This document shows positions 54,001-64,000 of a DNA stretch of 64,000 bases, in pieces. The stretch comes from Mizuhopecten yessoensis. Its lineage: Eukaryota. The translations under genes were made by a program, and so were the position numbers. Below the pieces are notes generated by a model. That model saw only the letters and a program-made list of their open reading frames with translations, was not told the origin of the DNA and did no database searches. Position 1 is the stretch's first letter; each line of letters begins with the position of its first letter. The DNA lies in NCBI RefSeq assembly GCF_002113885.1, contig NW_018403664.1, forward strand, positions 482,063-546,062, given 5' to 3'.

Positions 54001-54168
54001 CTAAACAGTTACAACCATTGTTATGATTTTTATCCACAGGTGCCTGATAGTGCCGTTAAGGATTGCACTAATTACAGTGATTTCTCTGGAAAGGATTTCA
54101 TGGACCCAACCAACCTAGATTTGCCAGAAAACGCTCTTCTCAAAACACAAGCCAAGTGTGACAAGTAG
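45033..54168 (+). CDS. PhyH-family Fe(II)/2OG dioxygenase copy C, complete, 295 aa; exons 45033-45051, 45509-45590, 46164-46245, 48854-48964, 49381-49472, 50715-50805, 50943-51072, 51485-51636, 54040-54168
   Basis: Exon lengths (19/82/82/111/92/91/130/152/129) and phases are identical to copy B. Motifs [21 protein letters not shown] and [23 protein letters not shown] are present, and the protein ends AKCDK*. Confidence 0.93.
46562..46720. repeat. 23-bp tandem repeat, ~7 copies
   Basis: ACCGTAACCTTACCGTCACACTA. Confidence 0.9.
46792..46931. repeat. perfect inverted repeat, 64-bp arms and 12-nt loop (palindromic non-autonomous element)
   Basis: 46792-46855 is the exact reverse complement of 46868-46931. 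The core ATCTCAACCCTCGGA/CGAGGGTTGAGATTTC is shared with 52652-52774. Confidence 0.93.
47492..48254 (+). mobile_element. L1/Tx1-clade LINE fragment (reverse transcriptase) in intron 3 of copy C, spanning the gap 47511-47779
   Basis: [50 protein letters not shown]. Poly-T at 47492-47510 and direct repeats TGGTTTCC at 47484-47491 and 48255-48262. Confidence 0.9.
52085..52774. mobile_element. palindromic non-autonomous element(s) in intron 8 of copy C: imperfect hairpins at about 52085-52240 and 52652-52774
   Basis: GGTCCGTGGACAGGGATATCTCAACCCTCG / CGAGGGTTGAGATTTCCCTGTCCACGGATC, followed by TTGATT..CTCCCATA as seen after the 46792 hairpin. Confidence 0.6.
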
Positions 54169-54929
54169 ACGCTGACTGCTGAGATCAGATTATAAATAAT
54201 GGTCGTTTTCGTTTCGTTAATAATTGTGAACTAACATATGGTCGGTTATTTACTGCAAGTAGCTATAAGTACAGTACATAAAAAAGAGTAAATCATGAAT
54301 ATAAAAACGGTTATCCTTATGAATATGGCAAGCATTTCATAATAAATATATATGATATAGAGTACTACGAGTTACATTTCATTTTAAACATTAAAACATA
54401 AGTGCTATATGATTTCAAGTATAATTTTTTGCTTTGTTATAAGTCCTGAGATTGGTTTATAAGATGTGATCATAGTACGGAATTGAAACAAGAACACCGC
54501 ACAGTCTGAGTGGTGCCAATTATCAAGGCCCTGAGTGCTGCAGGGTTCAAATTCCGATACATAATGTTCATCTCAGGACACAGAAGCGACAAAAGGCTTC
54601 ATACGAGTTTAGTTTACCTGTCGTCATGACAACAACCACTACGTGTGTGTCAACACGGGCTGTTCACTGTCGCTTTAAATCTTGTTCCACTGAATCAAAC
54701 TGAAACATTCTATCAACAAAAGTGTCAAAAACACATCTGAATCACGTCAGGAGAACGATTATGATATATACTGTTACAATGTATAAACACGTACCTGAAG
54801 CACGGCGAGTGGAAGGTTGTTTTAAAAATACACAGGGATCATTAAAGAAGAAAGACTGATAATATTTAAACACATGAGGCAAGTCAGTGGTAAGATTAAC
54901 ACCACGATGTTAGGGGCTCCTTTTTCTGA

Positions 54930-55000
54930 TTGGACGTGCAAAGGCCTGGAGCCACCTGCTCGACCACGTGGGTTTTCTTCGAGTTCTCCAGTTTCCAGCC
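54930..55000 (+). mobile_element. degraded V-domain-like SINE remnant
   Basis: CGTGGGTTTTCTTCGAGTTCTCCAGTTTCC resembles the core at 27298-27331. Confidence 0.4.
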
Positions 55001-55221
55001 GGATAAACGTACAATAAAGCAAAATAAACAAATGTGGTACTTAAAGTTGAATAGAACACGGTAAAATAATTTGACCGATTATGATATATATCGTAAACGA
55101 ATTTGGTATCCCCGTAAAAAGAGAAGGATAAACGAACTTGAAGCTCCACGGAAACAAAACAGCAATGTAAAAGAATTGGATACTCCACGTAAAAAACAGA
55201 ACAGAAAAAACGAATTCGGTC

Positions 55222-55858
55222 CTAGATACATATTACACAGAAACTGGACAGCATACATCAGGTATCTCCAAACGCTAGATACGAGCCGGACACCGTGTAA
55301 GATACATATTACACAGAAACTGGACATCATACGTTAGGCACTTCCGAACGCTAGATACGAGTTGGAAACCCTGTGTAAGATACATATTTATACAGAAACT
55401 GGACATCATACGTTAGGTATCTCCAAACGCTAGATACTAGCAGGACACCCTGTGTAAGATACATATTTACACAGAAACTGGACATCATACGTTAGGCACT
55501 TCCGAACGCTAGACACGAGTTGGAAACCCTGTGTAAGATACATATTTATACAGAAACTGGACATCATACGTTAGGTATCTCCAAACGCTAGATACTAGCA
55601 GGACACCCTGTGTAAGATACATATTTACACAGAAACTGGACATCATACGTTAAGTACCTAAGAACAATAGAAACGAACTGGACACCTTTTGTACGATACA
55701 TATTACACAGAAACTGGACATCATGCGTTAAGTACCTAAGAACAATAGAAACGAGCTGGACACCTTTTGTAAGATACATATTACACAGAAAACTGGACAT
55801 CATACGTTAAATGACCGCCAAACGCTAGATATACGCAGGACACCTTGTGTAAGATACA
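55222..55858. repeat. ~78-bp tandem repeat, ~8 copies
   Basis: GATACATATT(T)ACACAGAAACTGGAC recurs at 55225, 55301, 55379, 55458 and onward. Confidence 0.92.
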
Positions 55859-56058
55859 GATATATGTTACCCATACGGCTACATGCTATGGACGAAAATG
55901 AAAATACCTGTCGCAGTTTTACGAATTTGATCACCCCTGTTTTTTATTATATTGACCACTTTCCCAAAAGAGGGCCACTCTTTTGTCATATACTATTTGT
56001 TTTTGCATATTTAAGAGTTGATCCTCGGATGGGAAAGTGTTGATAGAATTAAGTCTAA

Positions 56059-56704
56059 AGCCTGTCTCACACAGAACACACGACTTATACGGTTGGCCAA
56101 CCGTACATACAACCGAACCAACCGTGGCCTTATCCGAGTTACACTCGGGCCATTCGAGTGTATCCGTGAAAGCCGTGTATGATTTTTAAAACTTTTAAAA
56201 AACTGGCACGGGTGCCATGTCCGTGTATGATCGTGTTAGCGATCGTACAAGACCGTGAGAGACCGTGTGAGACCGTACGAGACCGTATATACAACCGCAA
56301 TGAAGTCCACTCCACGAGTGAGCTCAACCGTGTCAATATCGTATATAAATCGTATGGAACAAAAGTCGGTGGGACCGTATGTAAACCCTGTAAATGTCCG
56401 GTTAATCGAGTAAAAGTCGTGTTTAATCGTACTAGGCCGTAACAGACCGTACTAGACCGTACTTGGAACCGTACAACAATCGTATGAAAATCGTTTGCAA
56501 ATCGTGTTCAAACCGTGACAAACCTTGCTTGACCGAGTATATCCGTGCTTTGTTCGTACATACTCGTGCTACATTCGAGTCTAAATCGTACTAACTCATC
56601 CCCAGGCACGGTTGGAGCTCAATACTCGTACCAGTCAACCCGTGTATAACCGAGTATACCGTATTGGAACCGTGTGCCCAACCGTGTTCTGTGTGAGACA
56701 GGCT
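56059..56704. mobile_element. MITE of PIF/Harbinger type
   Basis: 21-bp perfect TIRs AGCCTGTCTCACACAGAACAC / GTGTTCTGTGTGAGACAGGCT flanked by a TAA duplication (56056-58 and 56705-07). Internal ACCGT/ATCGT-rich subrepeats. No transposase. Confidence 0.9.
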
Positions 56705-57597
56705 TAAGAAACCCCGTCACTTTCATAGATATTGACTTGCAGTATTATATTATCTCAACAGTTCGAAAATTCATATTCAATAGGTTTTATATCCATTCCA
56801 TGCATTTTTGCTATTAAAAATTATTCACTCGTTAATATTTTTTTCCGTTTTCATAACTGCCGGCTCAGTGAAATATGGGCAGTTATCCACCATAGCTCTT
56901 CAGTATCTCATTGCAGTATTGATATAAAGAGGCATGTGGCAATGTTTATTTTGTATCTTAGAGATACAGCATCACGTAAACTACCTGATTACAATGTATG
57001 CATTATATGTTCTAAAGTTCAAATTCCAACTATGCATCCAACTTATCTAATAGTAATAGAAACTGGGTTAGGTCACACATTATGATATGTTCCTGTTCAA
57101 ATACATCTACACATAAACTGCTGTTTGAGTAAACATTGCTCTGTACGTGTAAGAACACAAATGTGTGGACAATAAATATATCCGCGACGGCAATGGTTAA
57201 CAGCAACAGTAACAATGACAAACATTCAGACAAGTTTATGTGATCGTCCACAAAGAAGGAATTTTCCATTTGAAGTAGACTATTAATCACTATATCATAT
57301 GAACGTAGCACGTAATTAGGTGATATAACCTTCACAATTTGGTAATTATAAAATCCATGATGTAAATATCAATTAATGATGCACTAAGACTATCGACTCG
57401 AATACAATCTAAGTGTTAAGTTGTGATTGTTTTAAACTTTTGTAAGAAGATAGTATGTTTATACATCTTTTTAATAATCTTTTGTCGAACTTAATTGATG
57501 TAAATTAAGTAAGCATAAAATATTACATTTATTAACCTTCTCTTTCCTTACAAATATTCAGGTTGATATTCTCCATCGGGACAGCATAGAAGCTTAC

Positions 57598-58542
57598 TCC
57601 ATATCCATGATCCTTGAGGAGGCCTGTTTCCTGAAACCTCTTTCGTAGGGTTGTCATCTCCTCCTGGTCGAGCAAGCCCCTGTACGCTATAGCACAGCCG
57701 TCAAAGTTAACCTGTCACCATTGTGTGTTCACTATGGCAGTTGTTACTAACCCATCATTTTTACTCATTTAAAGTTGGGAAGATCCAAATGGTCTAATGG
57801 TGTAAGGATTTCTTCAGGTATATCGATAACCACTATAAATATGTTATTCACATACCATAATTGTGATGTTTCGTACATGTATTTGGCGCCATTACAGCTG
57901 TGATGAGAATATTCTTGCAATATTGGTCTCTATTTCAATATTTAATATAGATAATGTTGTTTAGTACTGTTCTCTGTTACAAGCTTTATATAGTAATTTA
58001 AAAATAAAGATTATCATAAATAATGAATAACCCCAACGATGTTGCTGAACGCTTACTTCACTAGGATATATCCCTGATCATCGAAGTTCCTCTTCATAGC
58101 CTCCGTCACCCGGACCTCTTCCGGTGAGAACGAATACACTGTATACAGAATAGCAGGGCTTTGTGATCAGCTTTAACATTAATGTGTTAAGTCCTAACGT
58201 AAAAGTTTTTTTAAATGTTATAAAAGACGTCTATAACATTATTATAATTACTATCCTGTTGATATCTTATAGCATACACATATCTATAATACAGAACAAA
58301 TGTATTATACTGTATTTACAAACATACAATATATAATGAAATAAGGTGTTGAGGGTTGGTGTGTCTTTCATCATTCGAAATCGAAATGTGAATCTTAGAT
58401 ATTTGAGTTATGCTTGATCAATGGTTACAAAATATCCCCATTAAACGTAAGTTCAAAGCAAAAAAAAAGTGTAGAGAGATTATCCATAGCCAACTATGTT
58501 CTTAATATTGTCAAACTTACCGCTGGTCATTGTCGACATCAT
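57598..58542 (-). pseudogene. PhyH-family dioxygenase copy D, exons 1-3 only (58542-58521, 58138-58057, 57679-57598); exons 4-9 not found
   Basis: MMSTMTS|[28 protein letters not shown]|GLLDQEEMTTLRKRFQETGLLKDHGYG, with intact GT-AG sites and 82/82-nt exons. I found no exon 4-9 homology between 54200 and 57597. Confidence 0.8.
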
Positions 58543-59437
58543 AAGGTTTGGTAGTTATATTACATGTCTCAGTGAGTATCAGAGAGAAGCTGGAACCATT
58601 GCAGAGCAGGTTTACACTAGAAACACAATTAAAACATCAGATAAACACTAAAATCAGTCAGCCATAACATACCAAGCAAACATACCCAACCGTATCGTCA
58701 AAGCCTGGTATGGCGTCAGAGTGCTTGAGAAATGGAGGACAACTTCATATTGAGAAAAGATTAAAAAAATTCCATCTGGATAAACGGACGGGTGAACCGA
58801 TATTTACGTCAATGTCTCACGGCCGTGCAGTGAACGTTGTCTTTACACAACTTGTTGGCATATGGCAGAACATTCTTATCAAACCTGTATCATTAAATAT
58901 TGGATTTTTCACGTTTGAAATATAAGGTATTGCAGTGAAAATGAATTTGATATTTTTTAAATGGGGCAAATTTAACCTTTTATTACTCTTTTGCCAGTGA
59001 AATATCGGATTCTATCAACTTGATAAAACTGATCTCTTTCACACTGTGACAAATATCAAAAGTGTCAAAATATCACATTTTGGTATTGACCAATCATAAC
59101 GGTATCTTATAGTCCCTGCATTCAAAAGCGATGATGTTTTGTTCAGACTCAAATGAAGCGACGGTAGAATAAGTGGTTGTTATGGTAAATGTTTGGTACA
59201 CATACTAAACTATTTACATAAATATACAATTAATAACATTTTTATAAGCAAACATACCAGAAAATAGCAGAAAGCGTCGGAATTGCGTTGAGTATCCCAT
59301 TCAAAATGGCGCGCAGCCTTGCTGTCAAGCGCGGCGTCATTAGAATATGGCGCTAATTATTACGCTTCTGATTCCCGCCCTTTAAATGCATTACATTTTT
59401 CATATTCTTGGCTTTAAAAATGTGATAAATAGAAAAA

Positions 59438-59543
59438 TTAATGGTGTTATTAGTAATAACAACTATATTTCACTCGTGTGGCTAATATCAAAATATTAGC
59501 CACATCCGTGAAATATATTCGTTATTACTGAATACATCATTAA
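59438..59543. repeat. imperfect ~50-bp-arm hairpin (palindromic element)
   Basis: TAGTAATAAC..TATATTTCAC..TGTGGCTAATAT CAAA ATATTAGCCACA..GTGAAATATA..GTTATTACT. Confidence 0.75.
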
Positions 59544-60010
59544 ATACCCTCTATTTTCACACTAAATCGACCAATCAGAGAGCGGGGTTTAGTGTGAAAA
59601 ATAACAATCAATGGGCATTGTCAATTGTGACGTCACTGCCCTCTGACGTATTCTCATTGTGATGTCGCTCTACAGCATTCCTAGTTGCAATATTTTTATC
59701 GAGAGATTGGTGATCTTTTCACTACTTTCAATGTCTTATCCCTTATAAACCTAATAGTCTTCGATTCTACTCTTTGTGCTGAAATGTTTTTCACATATTT
59801 CAATCGTTCTACTGCGTACATTTTTTCATTTTATCATAAAGGTATTTTTTTTAGTATATTTTTGTCACTGAGACTTATATATTTTATTTAAACGTGATTA
59901 AATGTATAGCTTTTACAATTTTAGCCTTACATTCCTATCCTGTGTACTTCATCCATACCTGACTCGCCTGCAAATCGGGACCATGCCGTTTATGTCTCGG
60001 TGAGTATGGC

Positions 60011-61093
60011 CTTTTTTTCTATTTTATGGTTTATTATCCCGAATACAATAGGGAATACCAGGATGAGGCCTGGCCTAACCCCTGTACATAGTACATGAAG
60101 TCATTCTCTGACTCTCTCTATTTTGTACGTTCATCTTCCTCCATTTTTTCTCTTATTCATTCTCTTTCTTTCTACTCAATATCTCTTACATTGATTTTTA
60201 TTTCAATTTGCAAAAATTGACTGTAACTTATTCCCCAATTGTTGTTATCTTTTAACGCTGTCAATTGCATTGATTGTAAACCTTAGTTCTTATTTTAATC
60301 ACTTCAAAAAATGATGTGTGAAGTCAGCAACTACATATTCGTCATCAAATTTTATCTATTTTTTTCTTTCCATATGTGCCACTTTGTAATAAAGACAAAC
60401 AGATTGATTATTGCATTATATTCTTGATTTAAATTATAGCTTCCTAACATTACAACTTTCTCAGTTATTTGGTATATTTTATTTGAATTTGATATTTCCT
60501 GTAAGGCTTTGTTTATTAATGAGTTAACTGTCTTCCAAATTTCTGTTTTTTATTACATTTATAGAATAAATGAAATCGATTTTCTTGAACTTACTGACAA
60601 AGTGTACAAAAAATATTTGACAGTCTCATTTTAAACAATTTGGAAATAATATTATGTAAGCATTTCTATTGGAAGTCTTTACATTTCCTGTTTGCTATAG
60701 AAGATCTTAAAGAAGTCTAAATTTTAACCCAGTCTATGTCATTATTTTGATATACAGCATCCCAGCTATTTTGTGATTTGGGATAATAGTTCTTATTCGA
60801 AATTAGTTCTTTCAATATTTCATTCTTTAATCTATTCGGATTTATAGCTTCACCTTTTTCATTTGTTTTAATGTGTAGTTATCAGTTACAACTATGGGTT
60901 CAATTTCTGGAATCTCATGGTTAATTGATTTTAGTTCTTGTAACCAATTGGTACATGAAGAAAACGCCTTCTTGACTATGGAGAATTCTGAAATCCAGTT
61001 ACCTTTGAATCGTAACTTAACAAATAATTCTTGAGAATTTATAAAATATTTCTTGCTTCACTCCATATGTCTTTTATTTTCATTATATTTGAT
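60011..61093 (-). mobile_element. degraded 5'-truncated L1/Tx1-like LINE 3' end with 22-bp target-site duplication
   Basis: TTTATGTCTCGGTGAGTATGGC at 59989-60010 and 61094-61115, with a short T tract at 60012. Minus-strand remnants FINSQELFVKLRFKGNWISEF and CTLCQ*VQENRFHLFYKC (zinc knuckle). Confidence 0.78.
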
Positions 61094-61800
61094 TTTATGT
61101 CTCGGTGAGTATGGCTGACAGACATCAATACATGAATACTGACAAGATGCTGACGAGATATGGAGATGACCAATGGAGTGAGTCTGCCGACACTGTCCCC
61201 GTGTTATCACACAGTTCATCGACGACAATGACACATAATGTCTCGAGATACATACAATCCGTGGCAGAGGCAAGTCAAATTGATAGACAATACTGAATGG
61301 TCGTCAAAATCAATGTCACGACAATATGGCCGTATGTAGGTTACCAATGATTCGTTACCATGGAGACACAAAAATCGTATTGTAAGAAGAAAGGTTATAA
61401 TGCAGGTAGTGTAAATCATTTTGACATTAACAAATACTGTAAAATAACTTATTTTCGTGGCGTTTTACAATTTCGTTGATTTCGTTGGTAATTTTCATCA
61501 ACGAATTCATAGGTCCACAAAGTAATTACAACTTTGACAAAATCGTATTCCATGAATTCATGTACCCACGAAGTTGGGTTGTTTGGGAAACCACGGGATC
61601 AGGGATCAACTAGACTATCTGATGATGCAGTACTATATGTGGTTTTTTATTACTTTACTAAACAATAATATAAGGCGTTTAATAGATTCAAAGCTAATTT
61701 AATCATCTGTTGTGTGAACAAAATATTACATGAATTATACTAGTCCATTACATAAAATACTGTGTAATATTTGTGATGGAAATATATCTTAGTATTATGG

Positions 61801-61937
61801 GAGCTCACCAGAGTCATAGTCAACGTCATGCTCACCAGGGTCATAGTCAGCGTCATGCTCACCAGGGTCATAGTCAACGTCAAGCTCACCAGGGTCATAG
61901 TCAACGTCAAGCTCACCAGGGTCATAGTCAGCGTCAT
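61801..61937. repeat. 27-bp tandem repeat, 5 copies
   Basis: GCTCACCAGGGTCATAGTCA(A/G)CGTCA(T/A). Confidence 0.92.
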
Positions 61938-62073
61938 GTAACATGAACAGGCGTGCTGTTATCTGGTAGGGCTGAGATAGTATAATAATTATATCAAACT
62001 TTAACAGAATGTGATAAAACTATCAGCTGAAATAACGATAGGGCCTACATAACCTGATATCATAATGCAACGT

Positions 62074-63824
62074 CTATTTTTCACATTTGGTTTGTTTTTG
62101 AAGAAGTTCGTTTCTGTCTGGGCTAGTTGGGTCCAAGAAACCCTTACCAGTGAAATCATTGTAATTCGTGCATTCCCTTACAGCACTGTCCGGCACCTGT
62201 GGATACAAACTTATGGCGATAAACATGTAGCATACGGAAAATAATCTTACATACGAGGAACAATATACTAGTGATAATAAAGCATATAAAACAAGTACGT
62301 TAAGATTTATTTTGATTCAGAATGGAAATTATACTGATTTTAATGAACACATCTTACACGTATTACAATACTGATACAAAATGGAAATACATCAGGTTGC
62401 ACTTTAAATGCAATATACTGATTTCAATGAATACATTTCAAATGTGTTAAGATATATTGACGCTAATCAAACACATCTTGTGTTATAATTAAATAAATGA
62501 AGAACGTGATATAGCTGTTATAATGAGATTTATGAGGCATATCTTACATCTGATATAATCTATAGGGAAACGTTTAATATTTTTACAATCATTATGGGTT
62601 AAATGTTGTGCTGGGGTGTGTACTTAGTGGGGTTTTCTTTACCTTGTTTAGTGGTGTATTTTATTCTATTGTGTAGAGTGGTGTACAGAAGTTTGTATAT
62701 TGGTATATACTGGGCAGGAATGCTCCGTATACATGCACCTTTGTAGTTGTGTACTAGCATGAACGGTATCTGTGAGCTCGGTTGTGGTGTATTGTATCAT
62801 ATATTCCGATATAAAGTAGGTGGGATGATTATTACCTTGTGTATAAGTATATACTGAGTGTGGTACACTACACATTCAAGATCAACATGAACGATTTCCC
62901 TATCGCGAACGTTCCCTTTATTGATAGTAACATCCCTATAGGAAGTTCATAGGTCGCACTTGATTCTACATTCATGGCGTTGCTTCTAATATCATGACTT
63001 CTGTGACGAATGTCTTATGCTGACAGACTAACTTATAACACAGTGTTTGGATATATGAGGATTAAAAGGGCAAGTCGACGCAATCATGATTGCATTTGAA
63101 AACATTCTATTTCCTTTTGTAATATGAATATCGTTTGTCTATGTCCATAAGTGTGAATTGTGGTTTTGATATCAATACCCTGGTTCTTACTTTGAACCCG
63201 TGTCATTAACTGAACTTGATCCAGATGTAAATATGATGTCATCAATGACACTGAAGACGCTTATTGTTCTTGGAGACACATTGCCTTTTGCTTCGTACAT
63301 TTAAAAAACGATAATCTCCGTGGAAATATTTCCTTTGTTCATAGTTTGCCCTGGTTTTGAGACCTAGTTAAGGGTTTATTTTTCTTTCGAGTGGTTTTAA
63401 TTTTTGTGTATAGTAATTTAATGGTCTGGAAATACTGTACCTCGAACATCAGTATTGATACATTTGTAGATATATGGTGGACTGTACTGTACCTTGTGCA
63501 GTCACGTATATTTGTTGTGGTGCTCTGTGAGCTATCCTTTGCTTAACACTAGAGGATATACCATGGGGGAATGTAATGTTCCTTATTAGAGGGATATACT
63601 AGGTAGATATTACTGTTATTTGTACATAATTTATCCTGATTTACCGAAAAAAATACTTTGTTTGTTGTTTACCTTGTGTAGGGGTGTGTACTGTGCGTGG
63701 TGATGTGGAACTAAGGGGTTGTTCGCCTTAGTGTTGTAGGCTATCAGGTACGCCCATCGTCTGTCAGCACTGTCATTGCCAGAACTCGTGTGCAGCAAGT
63801 TACAGTGGAAGAACAATGCATCAC
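62074..63824 (-). CDS. PhyH-family dioxygenase copy E, last two exons (63824-63673, 62196-62074); 5' part beyond the window
   Basis: [51 protein letters not shown]|[40 protein letters not shown]. Exon 8 is 152 nt as in copies A, B and C. Confidence 0.9.
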
Positions 63825-64000
63825 CTGCAACATACATCTTGTAGTTACACTTCATGCATATATGTTTCCCTATCAGTACTAATTATGCGACGTTTCAATA
63901 TTAGCAATGTTTGAAATTTCGTTTATTAATGGAAGTAAATATAAAGTTCAGAGTTACTGGTATAAACCGTTTGCTATGTATATAATAATACGGATAAATA

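Noticed and set aside
18535-54168. Calling the dioxygenases ectD, PHYH or PHYHD1
   Set aside because: The EctD signature is absent, there is no peroxisomal targeting signal, and orthology cannot be established without a phylogeny. No symbol was assigned.
61435-61600. Possible MITE end (TACTGTAAA..TTCGTGG..CCACGAA)
   Set aside because: No matching second TIR or TSD could be identified.

Overview
AT-rich, intron-containing animal genomic DNA with assembly gaps at 1191-1337, 33665 and 47511-47779. It is probably from a mollusc or bivalve, inferred from the innexin, the SINE/LINE types and the base composition. The window holds a divergent two-coding-exon innexin (5516-9213, +) and a tandem array of five paralogous PhyH-family Fe(II)/2-oxoglutarate dioxygenase genes, which the ORF track shows only as fragments. 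Copy A (+, 18535-26428) lacks an identified first exon. Copies B (+, 33874-39451) and C (+, 45033-54168) are complete at 295 aa each. Copy D (-, 57598-58542) has only exons 1-3. Copy E (-, 62074-63824) shows its last two exons and continues beyond the window. All copies share the same exon-phase architecture. The rest is satellites and minisatellites, LINE fragments with target-site duplications, tRNA-derived SINEs, a PIF/Harbinger-type MITE and palindromic elements. The most notable observations are: (1) the diversifying dioxygenase array; (2) a 3.4-kb satellite made by amplifying the exon-5/intron-5 junction of copy A, giving roughly 130 splice-donor-like copies; (3) repeated 'echoes' of the exon-8 donor in three paralogs; (4) a Penelope-type hammerhead ribozyme motif inside a foldback in the innexin intron; (5) reciprocal inverted duplications flanking copy B. 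All coordinates were read by hand and no database searches were run.
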